NCBI GenBank assembly: GCA_035353175.1
Contig: DAOPZC010000003.1
Location: 62,473-126,472 of the forward strand
Source of the DNA: Kiritimatiellia bacterium
Lineage (GTDB): Bacteria > Verrucomicrobiota > Kiritimatiellia > RFP12 > UBA1067
DNA: 64,000 nt
Direction of reading: 5' to 3'
The notes under the pieces are model-generated. The model made no database searches, was not told the DNA's origin, and saw only the letters and a list, made by a program, of their open reading frames with translations. Both the position numbers and the translations under genes were made by a program. Within the stretch, counting starts at the first letter, position 1. The number at the start of each line of letters is the position of its first letter. This document shows, in pieces, positions 53,120-61,931 of this stretch.

Positions 53120-56100
53120 CTAGCGCACGTCGGCCGCCAGCTTCGCGATCTCGTCGGCGGACAGCACGCGCCGATAGACGCGCACGTCGTCGAGGCAGCC
53201 GCGGAAGCGCGCGCGGTCCATGTCGGCGCTGTGCGCGCCGACGGTGATGGCGTTGCCGGGATTGATGAAGCCGCGGCGCTCGAGCGTGCCGACATCCTTG
53301 CCGTTCACATAGAGACGCATGACCTTGTTGTCGAAGGTCGCGGCCACGTGCGACCACGCGTCGACGGGCAGCGGCTCCGGACCGATCAGCGAATGGCTCC
53401 AGTTCTCGCGCGGCACCTGCCAGTCGGGCCGCCCGTTGCCGAGCCCGAGGCGGTAGCCGTCCGTGCCGGTCGACACCGTGTTGAGCATCCAGCGGTCGCT
53501 CTGTCCCTTTTCGGAGGGTTTGCACCAGAGCGCCACGGTCACGCCGCCAGGGCTGAAGAACGGCGCGGGGACAGTCGCGGTCGCGCCGCCCTCGCCACAG
53601 CGCAGCACCTGACCGCCGCGGCCGGCTTCGCGCACGACGCCCTCGCACTTGAGATTGCAGCCGTTCGGCGAGGCGTCCGCCAAGAGACCGTCGGCCGTCT
53701 GGGACTCGAAGGTCCAGTCGGCCAGCAGGTCGCCGGTGATGCGGATCGACTGCCACGGCATGCGGCTGCCGAAGCCGGCGCGCACGGCCTCGTAGCGCCG
53801 CTGCGGCGGAGGCAGCCCCACGTCTTCGGGAATGATGTCGGTCACCGCCTCCGGCGCCCAAGCGGTGCAGAAGACGCGCTTGATGGCGTTGACGAACGTG
53901 AAGCCCGTGCCGGTGGTCGGCTCGATGTAGTGGCCCTCGCCGAACTCGGTCCAGTTGTCGAAGACGACGATCTTGCTGTCCCAGCGCCCCGCCGGCTTGG
54001 CGTCGACGAGCGCCTTGGCGTCGCGGCAGGCGGCCTCGAAGTTCTCGGCCTTGGGGTCTTTGATGTAGTTGCCGTTGCCGCGTTTGACGCGGCCCCACGG
54101 GCGGTCGTCGCGGCCCATCATCACGTTCGGGATGTCCGGCACGGGGGCCGTGCTGGCGGCGCGGTCGATCCACGTTTGCTTGTAGCGGCTGAGCACGTCC
54201 GCGTGATCGCGGTAAGAGAGCCCCGCCGGGTCCTCGCCGACCGTCTTCAGGCCGGAGGGCGTGACCCCGTAGCCGGAGACCGCGTCCCACCCGCTGGCGG
54301 CGATGTCCGCGCCGAGCTTACCCTGCGCCGCGTCCATGCAGGCGATCACGCGCAGGCCGCTGAAGCCGGCCCTGCGGCACTGCTCGCGCATCTTGTCGAG
54401 CGCGACCTTGGTCTTCTCGGGCCCGCCCAGCTGGGCGAGCATGACGCGCGGCTGCCACACGAAGAGGACCGGCTTGTTCTCGATCTTGAGGTACGAGGGA
54501 TGGGTGAAGTAGTTCTTGATCCAGAACGGCAGCACGTTGTCGAGCAGGTCGGCCTCGTCCTTCACGCCTTTGGCGCAGCCGTTCTCCCACATGATGGTGA
54601 AGGTGAACTGGTCGCGGTATTTGGCGTTGAGGAGTCCCTCGTGGATCGCGTGGCCGAGGCTCTGGCTGATCGTCGGCTCGAAATCGGCGCGGTACCAGCA
54701 GTAGATGAAGCCGTTGATGCCGTGGTCGAGCGCGTACTTGATGTGCCAGTCGGCCACCTCGGGCGTGCCCTCGTCATACCAGCCGATGGCCGGACGTTTC
54801 TCCGGCCACGGCTCGATCCTCTTCCAGCCCCAGTGCGTGCCTTCCTTCCAAAGCGCGCAGTAGTGCATCAGGCTGATATAGTCGGTTTTGGCCGGCTGCG
54901 GCTGCGGCACGTAGCCGGTCTTGGTCATCTCGGGCCACGGCTCGACCTTCAGCGCGAGCTCCTGCACGCTCGTCTCCGCGCCCTTGGAGGCGATTGCCAC
55001 GCGGACGGTGTAGGTGCCGGGACGCTCGGCCCGGATGTGCCAAGTCGCCAGGTCGAAGTCATCCATGCCCAGCCATGCGATGTTCCGCTTCGCGCCGCCG
55101 ATGACCTTGACACCCTTAGGAACCTCAAGCCGCGCGGTGATCCCTTCGGCTTCGCCGCCGACGTTCTGGATGCCGGCCACCACGCTCTCCTCGCGGCCGG
55201 GACGCAGCTTGGCGCGGCCGGCGGCGAGCGAGCGGATGTAGAAGACGGGGGTCCCGATCGGCCGATCCGCCAAGGCCAGCTTGCGGATGCGGACCGGCGC
55301 CGAGACGCCGGAGAAGCTCACCGCGAGGCGACGGAGCTTGCCGGTCCAAGCGTCGGACATCGTGCCGGAAACGACCGTGGGCCGCCCGCCTGACTGCGGC
55401 TGGAAGCTGATCGAGCCCGAGCCCGTGTCGGTCGTGAAGTCGAGCGTGCCGGTCACGCCGCGCCCGCCCGCCTCCACGTCGAGGCAGAGGAACGGATACG
55501 GCGCGAGGTCGACGGACAGCGTCGGGCTCACCAGCATCGCCGTGGCGCCGGGGAAGTCGACGGCGAGCGCGGCCTTCTCCTCTTTGCAGGCCGCGCCGTT
55601 CTTGGCCTGCCAGCCGGCCCACGCCGCGGGGCCGCCCAACACGCGGGCCGCGCCTTGGCTTTCGGAGCCGCCGAAGAGAGAACGCCACAGCGAAGCGAAG
55701 AAGCCGGGCTTGGATTCGGCGGATGCCTCCTCAGCGGGCAGGCCCGCGAGGAGCGCCGCGCGTTCCAGGCTCGGGTTGAAGAGGTCGAGACTCGCCAGCT
55801 CGCCCGCGATCGGGCCGACCTGCACGGGCTTGGAGCCCGGATTGATCCGGCCGAAGCGCGGCTGGCTGAAGGTCTCGCCGTTGATGGTCATCTCCATCGA
55901 CTGGCCGGTCCACGCCGCGCGCACGTCGTACCACGTGTTCGTCTGAATCGCCGGGCCGCGCAGCCGGGTCTCCCACTTGCCCTCGATCTGGACGAAGAAG
56001 ACCAGGTTCCCGCCGTCGCCGGGATTGTCCACGCGCAGCAGATACTCGCCGTCCTTGACGACCAGGTTCTGGGCCCAGCTCTTGTGCGTGTCGAGGCGGA

Positions 56101-56311
56101 AACGGCAGCCGATTTCCAGCCCCGGCCGCAGGCGCAGCTCCGGGCGGTCGGCGGCTTCGACCGGCTTGCCGGCGGAGAGGCGCTTGTCCTGACGGTCGAG
56201 CGCGAAAACGGGCTTACCGGCCGGCTCCGCAGCATCCGCGCGCGGCGCGGCACAGGTTAAAAGCGCCAAAGAAAGCGTGAAAACAGTCCCGATGTTTCTG
56301 ATTGCCTGCAT
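53120..56311 (-). CDS. secreted multidomain protein: N-terminal LamG-like domain, central WbsX/GH99-like glycoside-hydrolase domain, C-terminal LamG-like domain
   Basis: Shine-Dalgarno GAGGGGA precedes the ATG at 56311 (MQAIRNIGTVFTLSLALLTCAAPRADA). Central IGWYDEGTPEVADWHIKYALDHGINGFIYCWYRAD matches the WbsX-like (PF14307, GH99-related) family. C-terminal ...FFSPGGVTVALWCKP...WSHVAATFD...LYVNGKDVG...DDVRVY is LamG-like. The track extends 142 codons upstream of the real start. Confidence 0.75.
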   Translation of the reverse strand: MQAIRNIGTVFTLSLALLTCAAPRADAAEPAGKPVFALDRQDKRLSAGKPVEAADRPELRLRPGLEIGCRFRLDTHKSWAQNLVVKDGEYLLRVDNPGDGGNLVFFVQIEGKWETRLRGPAIQTNTWYDVRAAWTGQSMEMTINGETFSQPRFGRINPGSKPVQVGPIAGELASLDLFNPSLERAALLAGLPAEEASAESKPGFFASLWRSLFGGSESQGAARVLGGPAAWAGWQAKNGAACKEEKAALAVDFPGATAMLVSPTLSVDLAPYPFLCLDVEAGGRGVTGTLDFTTDTGSGSISFQPQSGGRPTVVSGTMSDAWTGKLRRLAVSFSGVSAPVRIRKLALADRPIGTPVFYIRSLAAGRAKLRPGREESVVAGIQNVGGEAEGITARLEVPKGVKVIGGAKRNIAWLGMDDFDLATWHIRAERPGTYTVRVAIASKGAETSVQELALKVEPWPEMTKTGYVPQPQPAKTDYISLMHYCALWKEGTHWGWKRIEPWPEKRPAIGWYDEGTPEVADWHIKYALDHGINGFIYCWYRADFEPTISQSLGHAIHEGLLNAKYRDQFTFTIMWENGCAKGVKDEADLLDNVLPFWIKNYFTHPSYLKIENKPVLFVWQPRVMLAQLGGPEKTKVALDKMREQCRRAGFSGLRVIACMDAAQGKLGADIAASGWDAVSGYGVTPSGLKTVGEDPAGLSYRDHADVLSRYKQTWIDRAASTAPVPDIPNVMMGRDDRPWGRVKRGNGNYIKDPKAENFEAACRDAKALVDAKPAGRWDSKIVVFDNWTEFGEGHYIEPTTGTGFTFVNAIKRVFCTAWAPEAVTDIIPEDVGLPPPQRRYEAVRAGFGSRMPWQSIRITGDLLADWTFESQTADGLLADASPNGCNLKCEGVVREAGRGGQVLRCGEGGATATVPAPFFSPGGVTVALWCKPSEKGQSDRWMLNTVSTGTDGYRLGLGNGRPDWQVPRENWSHSLIGPEPLPVDAWSHVAATFDNKVMRLYVNGKDVGTLERRGFINPGNAITVGAHSADMDRARFRGCLDDVRVYRRVLSADEIAKLAADVR

Positions 56312-56489
56312 GAATTTTCCCCTCTTGTTCAAACCCCAATATCGGCAAGACCATAACAAATCCGGCGCGGCGAAAGCGATAGAAAACCTGTGAACCCCGT
56401 GCGTCGCGTCGTTCCTCCAGAAGCCGATGCCGCCCGAGCGCTCGCCTAGCGCCACACCTTGAAACGGTCGCCGAACGGTCTGGGCGGTT

Positions 56490-58805
56490 TTACTGCACGC
56501 GAGGCGGCGGGACCGCCTGGCCGGCGCACTGGGCGGCCTGCTCCTGCCGGCCGTACGTGCCGTAGAACGCGGCATTGCCGTCGAGCCACACGCAAAGCCG
56601 CAGCCGGTCGTCATCCGACAGCCGAATGCGGCCCCTGTGGCTGTTGCCGTCGAGAACCTTGAGCAGCGGGCTCTCGTCGGCACCCATATGGCCCGGCAGG
56701 GTGACGGCCTGAGCGATGCTCTTGTCTCCCCATTCATACCACCGCACCTGCCCTTTCAGGCTGTTGTACGCTTTGCTGAACTCGCCTTCGGGCGTGCCGG
56801 TCAGAATGAGCGTGCCGCGCTGCGGCCCTTTCGCGCCGTCGTGACAACGCACGCAATGGCGGTCGAGCACCGGCTGCACCAGCCGCGGAAAACACCACGG
56901 CCGCGTACCGTCCGGCCCGGCGAGTATCTTCGACAGCGCATGGCGCGACGCGAGCGGCTGACGATCCGGCGGCGGGCTCTCTGGCCGCTCGTGGCAACCC
57001 ACGCAGCTTCGGCGCTCCCCGGGCTGCAGATAGACCGCGCTGCGCATCGTGTGAACGGCCCGGCCTGACGCGTCCACCGCCTGAAAGAAAAGCGGCCGGC
57101 GCGCAGGCGCACGAAAGAAGGCCGAGCCGTCGGACTCAACCGGCACCGTGCCCAGCAGCATACGCGCACACTCCGCATTGGCGTAGCCGATGCGCGGCTG
57201 GTTGGCCACGTGCGTCTCGCTCTTGGGCAGCAGCTGAAAGATCCGCAGGCTGCGAACCGGACGGTCAGACGGCAGCGGCGTCAGGCTGGCACGCACGTCG
57301 CTGAGGACAAGCTCCCCCTCGTCGCCCAAAGCCGGGTCACACGAACGGGTCGGTGCCGGCGGTTTGGGGCGCGGGCCCAGAGGCGTCGGATACATCGACG
57401 AGATCCCCGGCGCGCGATACAGCAGCTCCATGTTTCCGAAGCGGTCGAAGTAGTAAAGGCCCGTCTCGCCGTCGCGCACGACCTTCGGCCCCATGCCCGG
57501 CAACGGATCGAAGCTGAACGAGACCAGGTAATAGTCCTCCGACAGCGGACAGGGGCTGTGGAAATAGCTGTCGGGCCAGCCGGCGGCCTCCGGAAAACAG
57601 ACCTCCGGCGTGAGCACTTCCAGCGAATCGAAATTGTCCTCGCCGCTCTTCGGGTCGAGGCTGGTCCGCGAGGGATCGACCACCACCAGCGAGCCGCCCA
57701 CGGCGGCGTGATGCGCGCCCGCCACAAACACGATCCGGTTCGAGCCGGGAATCGCCCGCGGCTGATAGCAGGCGTTGATCCGCATGGTGTAGTTGCCGAA
57801 GAGAATGCTCGGGCTGGTGCCGTCCGGGTTGCTCGTCCAGATACCGTGAAACTGGGCGGCCGAGCGATCGACGTAGTCCCAGCGGCTATAGGCGATGCGC
57901 CCGTCGGCGAGCACGGACGGATGCCACTCGTTCGTCTCGTGCCAAGAAAGCGTCTGCACGCCGCTGCCGTCGCCGTTCATCCGGTGCAGGGTGTAGGTCG
58001 GCAGCGGCTCCCACGGATTGTGGCATCGTCCGAAGCCGCCGCGCCGCGTCGACATAAACGCCACGCCGCCGTCCGGCAGCGGGCACGGATCGAAATCGTC
58101 GTTCGGCCCGTCGGTCAACTGCCGCAGCCCCGAACCGTCGGTCTGCACGGTGTAGAGGTGAAAGCAGCGACGCTGAGGCGAACGGAAGTCGGGCTTCTCC
58201 GGCGCGCGCTCGGCATAGGCGAAATAGATTGTGTGCCCGTCCCAGCCCAGCGAAAGCGTCGTGAAATTGCCGCGCGGAAGCCGCCCGGCGATCAGATCGC
58301 GCGTCCTCAGCGACCGTCCTGGCGTCTCCAGCACGTACACGCCGCCGCCCGCGATATCGCCGTAGTCGTAATAATAGCCCAAGTATTCGTGCAACATTTG
58401 GGTGACGAACCGCCGTCGCTGCATGAAGACCACCGGACGAGCACCCAGCAAAGGATTCTTCAGCGCCGCCTCGCGGCCAATCCAGCGGATGCCGCGGTAC
58501 AGGGACAGCCGCTCCGCCTCGGGGAGCGTCGCGGACTTCGCCGCTGCGGTTTGTAGTTTCGCCAGGTCGGCCCGTTCGCGGGTGAGCTCCAGAGGCCGGG
58601 GGGCGCGACTGAGCCCGTCCAGCAGGCGGGCGACGCGCTGACACGCGAGCTGGATCGCCTCGGGCGACTGTGCGAGGCGACCGGCCCGTTTCTCCTGCGC
58701 CGCCCAGTCCGCCTCCACGGTCGCGCGAAAGGCCGCGTCATCGTCAACCGCGCCCGCCAGTACCGCAACCGACACGAGGGCGACCAGAATTATTTTCCCG
58801 TTCAT
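56490..58805 (-). CDS. secreted TolB/PD40-type beta-propeller protein with a C-terminal di-haem (2x CXXCH) cytochrome-c-like region
   Basis: Shine-Dalgarno AAGGGAAGAGG precedes the ATG at 58805 (MNGKIILVALVSVAVLAGA). PD40-like blades (LTDGPNDDFDPCPLPDGGVAFMSTRRG; WHPSVLADGRIAYSRWDY; TSNPDGTSPSILFGN). C-terminal CVGCHE and CVRCHD are haem-c attachment motifs. Confidence 0.75.
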   Translation of the reverse strand: MNGKIILVALVSVAVLAGAVDDDAAFRATVEADWAAQEKRAGRLAQSPEAIQLACQRVARLLDGLSRAPRPLELTRERADLAKLQTAAAKSATLPEAERLSLYRGIRWIGREAALKNPLLGARPVVFMQRRRFVTQMLHEYLGYYYDYGDIAGGGVYVLETPGRSLRTRDLIAGRLPRGNFTTLSLGWDGHTIYFAYAERAPEKPDFRSPQRRCFHLYTVQTDGSGLRQLTDGPNDDFDPCPLPDGGVAFMSTRRGGFGRCHNPWEPLPTYTLHRMNGDGSGVQTLSWHETNEWHPSVLADGRIAYSRWDYVDRSAAQFHGIWTSNPDGTSPSILFGNYTMRINACYQPRAIPGSNRIVFVAGAHHAAVGGSLVVVDPSRTSLDPKSGEDNFDSLEVLTPEVCFPEAAGWPDSYFHSPCPLSEDYYLVSFSFDPLPGMGPKVVRDGETGLYYFDRFGNMELLYRAPGISSMYPTPLGPRPKPPAPTRSCDPALGDEGELVLSDVRASLTPLPSDRPVRSLRIFQLLPKSETHVANQPRIGYANAECARMLLGTVPVESDGSAFFRAPARRPLFFQAVDASGRAVHTMRSAVYLQPGERRSCVGCHERPESPPPDRQPLASRHALSKILAGPDGTRPWCFPRLVQPVLDRHCVRCHDGAKGPQRGTLILTGTPEGEFSKAYNSLKGQVRWYEWGDKSIAQAVTLPGHMGADESPLLKVLDGNSHRGRIRLSDDDRLRLCVWLDGNAAFYGTYGRQEQAAQCAGQAVPPPRVQ

Positions 58806-59006
58806 CCTCTTCCCTTTCTGTGACTTCACCCGCTGCAAGTGACGCAAAGTCGATCTATATCCACATGAGGCAGGATTTTACATGCCCGCAACGACACTTT
58901 CAAGCAGCCCGCCCTCAAGAAGCCAAGGCGGAAAGGACGTGCAAGCGCGCGCCCCTCCGTATGCCGCAAGGATCAGCACAACCGCGCGGCGCGTGTCGCC
59001 GGACCT

Positions 59007-59205
59007 CATCACTGCGCCGTCCTCGCTACCAACGGCCACATCGGCAAGCTGACAAACGTGCTGAAAATGGCCTCGACAAATCTACTTAGCGCGTACACTC
59101 TCCGGCCAACACCACCATAATGCGTTCAAAGGCCGCCAGGTTCCTGATCTGCGCAAGTCGACTCAGGTCCCTCTCGACATAGGTCATGAAGGCGTAATTT
59201 TCAAG
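59007..59205 (-). pseudogene. decayed fragment of a DUF4143/COG1373-type AAA+ ATPase gene
   Basis: Minus-strand frame A (59205-59086): LENYAFMTYVERDLSRLAQIRNLAAFERIMVVLAGECTR*. Frame +1 (59084-59007): RFVEAIFSTFVSLPMW... Together these mirror the conserved COG1373 segment '..TYLERDV..L..IRDL..F.RFLRLLA...GQ... / ..LEDAFLVF.LPPW..', broken by a stop and a frameshift. No intact ATPase N-terminus is present. Confidence 0.45.
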
Positions 59206-59296
59206 TTGAATATTAAAAATACGCTGTAAAGCCACAATGACTTTAACGCCGCCCCTCCAACGGTCGCGGAAGGGCTGCGCCCCCGCGGTCCGCAGC

Positions 59297-61840
59297 TCAC
59301 CGCCGGACCGTCAGCTCGCGGATGCCAAAGGCAGGCAGCGTCAGAGCATCGCCGCCGCAGCTGACCGCGCACGGCGTCTCGCCGAGGTTGTTCACGACCG
59401 CTCGGCACTCGCCCTGGCTGACCCGGAAGGCCGTCACGCGCGCAGACGGCGCGTCGAGCGCGATCAGGCTCTGCTGCGCGGGCCACTCTCCGTTGCCCGG
59501 CCGGACGCGGAACAGCGGCACGCCGACGCGCAGCCGGTCCGCAGCCGCGGCCACCTCCGCAGGGGGGCACAGCACAAGGCCGAAGCGGTGCTCGTACGCG
59601 CCCAGAAACGGGTCGCCGCCCGACGTGATCAGGTGGTCGGCGTAGCCGCTGGGAAGAATTTTGCACTCGGGCCGCTTGTCCGCCCGGCCCTGGATGGAGG
59701 CCCCCAGGCTCGCCGCCACAACGCCGTCCAGCGGCGCGACGCGGAACGACTGGTTCCCGCCCAGCGCCACCACGGCGAAAGCCGCATCGCCGGAAGCGAT
59801 GGAGGCGAAGCGTTGCGCCGCGATGAACGACGGCTCGGGATTGGCGTGCTCGATCGTTGCGTAAGGGATGTCGTAGCGGACGCGGCCGGGCCAGCCGCGA
59901 AACTCCAAGAGCAAGCCCGCGGGGTCGTACTTGCCCTTCCCGATCCGGCGCGGCATGTCGACCTGGACGCAGGCCGTCACCTCGACGCGGTCCAGCCGGA
60001 GACCGATCACCAGCCGGATCCAGACGGCCCACGCCAGCTCGGTGAAGACCTCCAGCTCGGGCCCGAACGGCGTCTCCCGCACGCGAGCCGTCGCGCGGGC
60101 CCAGTCCGGCCGCACCTCTTCCGCCGCTGCGGCGCCCGAAGGATCGCTGAGCTTGAAAGGCGCGACCGCGATCTCGATCTGGCGCGAGCCCTCGGCCACA
60201 AGCAGGCGTCCCTCCGTCAGTCCCGCGCGCTGGCCTTCGGCCGACACCTCGCTGCCCGCCCGCCACTCCGCGGCCGGCTGCGCGCCCGGCTGCTCCCGCA
60301 ATCCGAGCAGGCAATAGCCGTAAGCGGGAAGCTCGACCCGCGCGGAGGCAGTCCACTGTCCCGCGCGGCAGGCGAGATCCCCCGGCAGCGGCGAACCGTC
60401 CGCGGCCACGAGCGCCAGCGGGCCGTCGACCGGGAGCGAGACCTCCGCCGTGCGGGAGGGCGCGGGGTTCAGCGCGAGCACGTAGCCCGCGCAGCCCGGC
60501 GCGGGCGTGCGGAGGCGCGCCGCCACCTGCTGCGCGAAGCGCGCCAGCAGCTCGTTCGAGTAGGCGCGTGACGCGTCCAGCACGGTCTCGCGGTGAAGCG
60601 TGCGCGGCGTCCAGGGAAACCAGCCGCTGGAGTCGGAGTTGAGGCCGATCAGCGCGTGGTGCCAGGCGCGCGAGAGCACGGTCGGCTCGCCGCCCAGGGC
60701 CAGGCAAAGGGCTTCGGTCTCCGGGAACTCGCCCACCTCTTCGAAGCGCGTGTCCCATGGGTTGTCGGGCGGCGTCGTCCACGCTTGCTTCAGCGGCACG
60801 TCCACCGGTCCGAGGCGGTGAAGCGCGGCCGCGGCATGGGCAAACCCCGCGGCGCGCAGGGCGTCCAGCGTTTTCACGGCGTGCCCGTGCCAGCTCATGT
60901 CCATCGGATGAGAGGTCCAGCGCGAGAAGCTGGGGCTGGGCTCGCGGTCCTCCTGCGCCTGGCCGAACGGATGGGGCGCCGCGCACGTGACGTGAATGCC
61001 GACCTCCTGCGTGTACCGCTCGACCGTGGTCCAGCGGATGATTTTGCCCTTTTGCGCCAGACGCGCGATCTCCGCGACGTAGGCATCGATGTCGCCAAGT
61101 TGCTCGAAGTCGCCGCCGGCCATGATGAAACTGCCGTCCGCGTGCGAGTCGTAATACGCCTCAAGCTGGCCGAGCCGGATCGTGCGGAGGTCGAGGGGAA
61201 AAACGTCTACCGCGCTGCCGTCGATTCCCTGCACGCGCCGCGGCCGGTCCCAGCCGTCGGGCATAACGATCAGCCGCCGGACGCCGATCTGGTTCATGAC
61301 ATACGGCAGCTGGGGATGAAACACAATCTCCTGGGGGAAGAAGGCCGAGCAATCGGGCTGCAGCTCCCGGCGCATCAGCTCCATGCTGACGCGGCTCGCG
61401 ACCAGGTCGGACTCTTCGTCCGACGCGAGCGCGTGGCTCGCGGCGTACTGGCACCCCACCATCGCGATCTGCCGGCGGTCCACCAGCGGCTTCAGCTCTT
61501 CCAAAAACCCGGGCGCATAGCGCTTCAGGCTGAGCAGCGTCAGCCCCGGGAAGTCGATGTGGGCCGTCACCTCCGGATGGGCCTTGAGCGCGCGCAGGCC
61601 TGTGGCGTAGATGCGGGGGAACTTCTCGCGGATCTCCTGCTTGGTGTAGCGGTCGTAGCACATGTTGCCGTGCAGCAGGAACGAGAGGTAAACGGTCTTG
61701 GGCTTCGCGGGCTCCGGCGCGGACGCGGCCGACAGCGGGACGCCGACAGCCGCAAGCCCCGCCACCCCCTGCAACACGCGCCTCCTGGAAACGCACCCGC
61801 ACGTCTGGAAAATCCCCCGACTCCGCGACTGCTCAAACAT
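59297..61840 (-). CDS. Tat-exported putative glycoside hydrolase (GH38/GH57-like N-terminal domain)
   Basis: Shine-Dalgarno AGGAGGGG precedes the ATG at 61840. Tat-like SRRRVLQGVAGLAAVGVPLSAASA. N-terminal VYLSFLLHGNMCYDRY...IDFPGLTL resembles the metal-binding N-domain of GH38/GH57-type enzymes. The remainder carries no signature I can name. Confidence 0.6.
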   Translation of the reverse strand: MFEQSRSRGIFQTCGCVSRRRVLQGVAGLAAVGVPLSAASAPEPAKPKTVYLSFLLHGNMCYDRYTKQEIREKFPRIYATGLRALKAHPEVTAHIDFPGLTLLSLKRYAPGFLEELKPLVDRRQIAMVGCQYAASHALASDEESDLVASRVSMELMRRELQPDCSAFFPQEIVFHPQLPYVMNQIGVRRLIVMPDGWDRPRRVQGIDGSAVDVFPLDLRTIRLGQLEAYYDSHADGSFIMAGGDFEQLGDIDAYVAEIARLAQKGKIIRWTTVERYTQEVGIHVTCAAPHPFGQAQEDREPSPSFSRWTSHPMDMSWHGHAVKTLDALRAAGFAHAAAALHRLGPVDVPLKQAWTTPPDNPWDTRFEEVGEFPETEALCLALGGEPTVLSRAWHHALIGLNSDSSGWFPWTPRTLHRETVLDASRAYSNELLARFAQQVAARLRTPAPGCAGYVLALNPAPSRTAEVSLPVDGPLALVAADGSPLPGDLACRAGQWTASARVELPAYGYCLLGLREQPGAQPAAEWRAGSEVSAEGQRAGLTEGRLLVAEGSRQIEIAVAPFKLSDPSGAAAAEEVRPDWARATARVRETPFGPELEVFTELAWAVWIRLVIGLRLDRVEVTACVQVDMPRRIGKGKYDPAGLLLEFRGWPGRVRYDIPYATIEHANPEPSFIAAQRFASIASGDAAFAVVALGGNQSFRVAPLDGVVAASLGASIQGRADKRPECKILPSGYADHLITSGGDPFLGAYEHRFGLVLCPPAEVAAAADRLRVGVPLFRVRPGNGEWPAQQSLIALDAPSARVTAFRVSQGECRAVVNNLGETPCAVSCGGDALTLPAFGIRELTVRR

Positions 61841-61931
61841 ATCCCCTCCTGTTTTAAACATTTCTCTGATCATATAGAACCTTTCACAGTCGCAGCGCAT
61901 ACCGCGCGGCAATGCAAGCGGAGGCAGCGGC

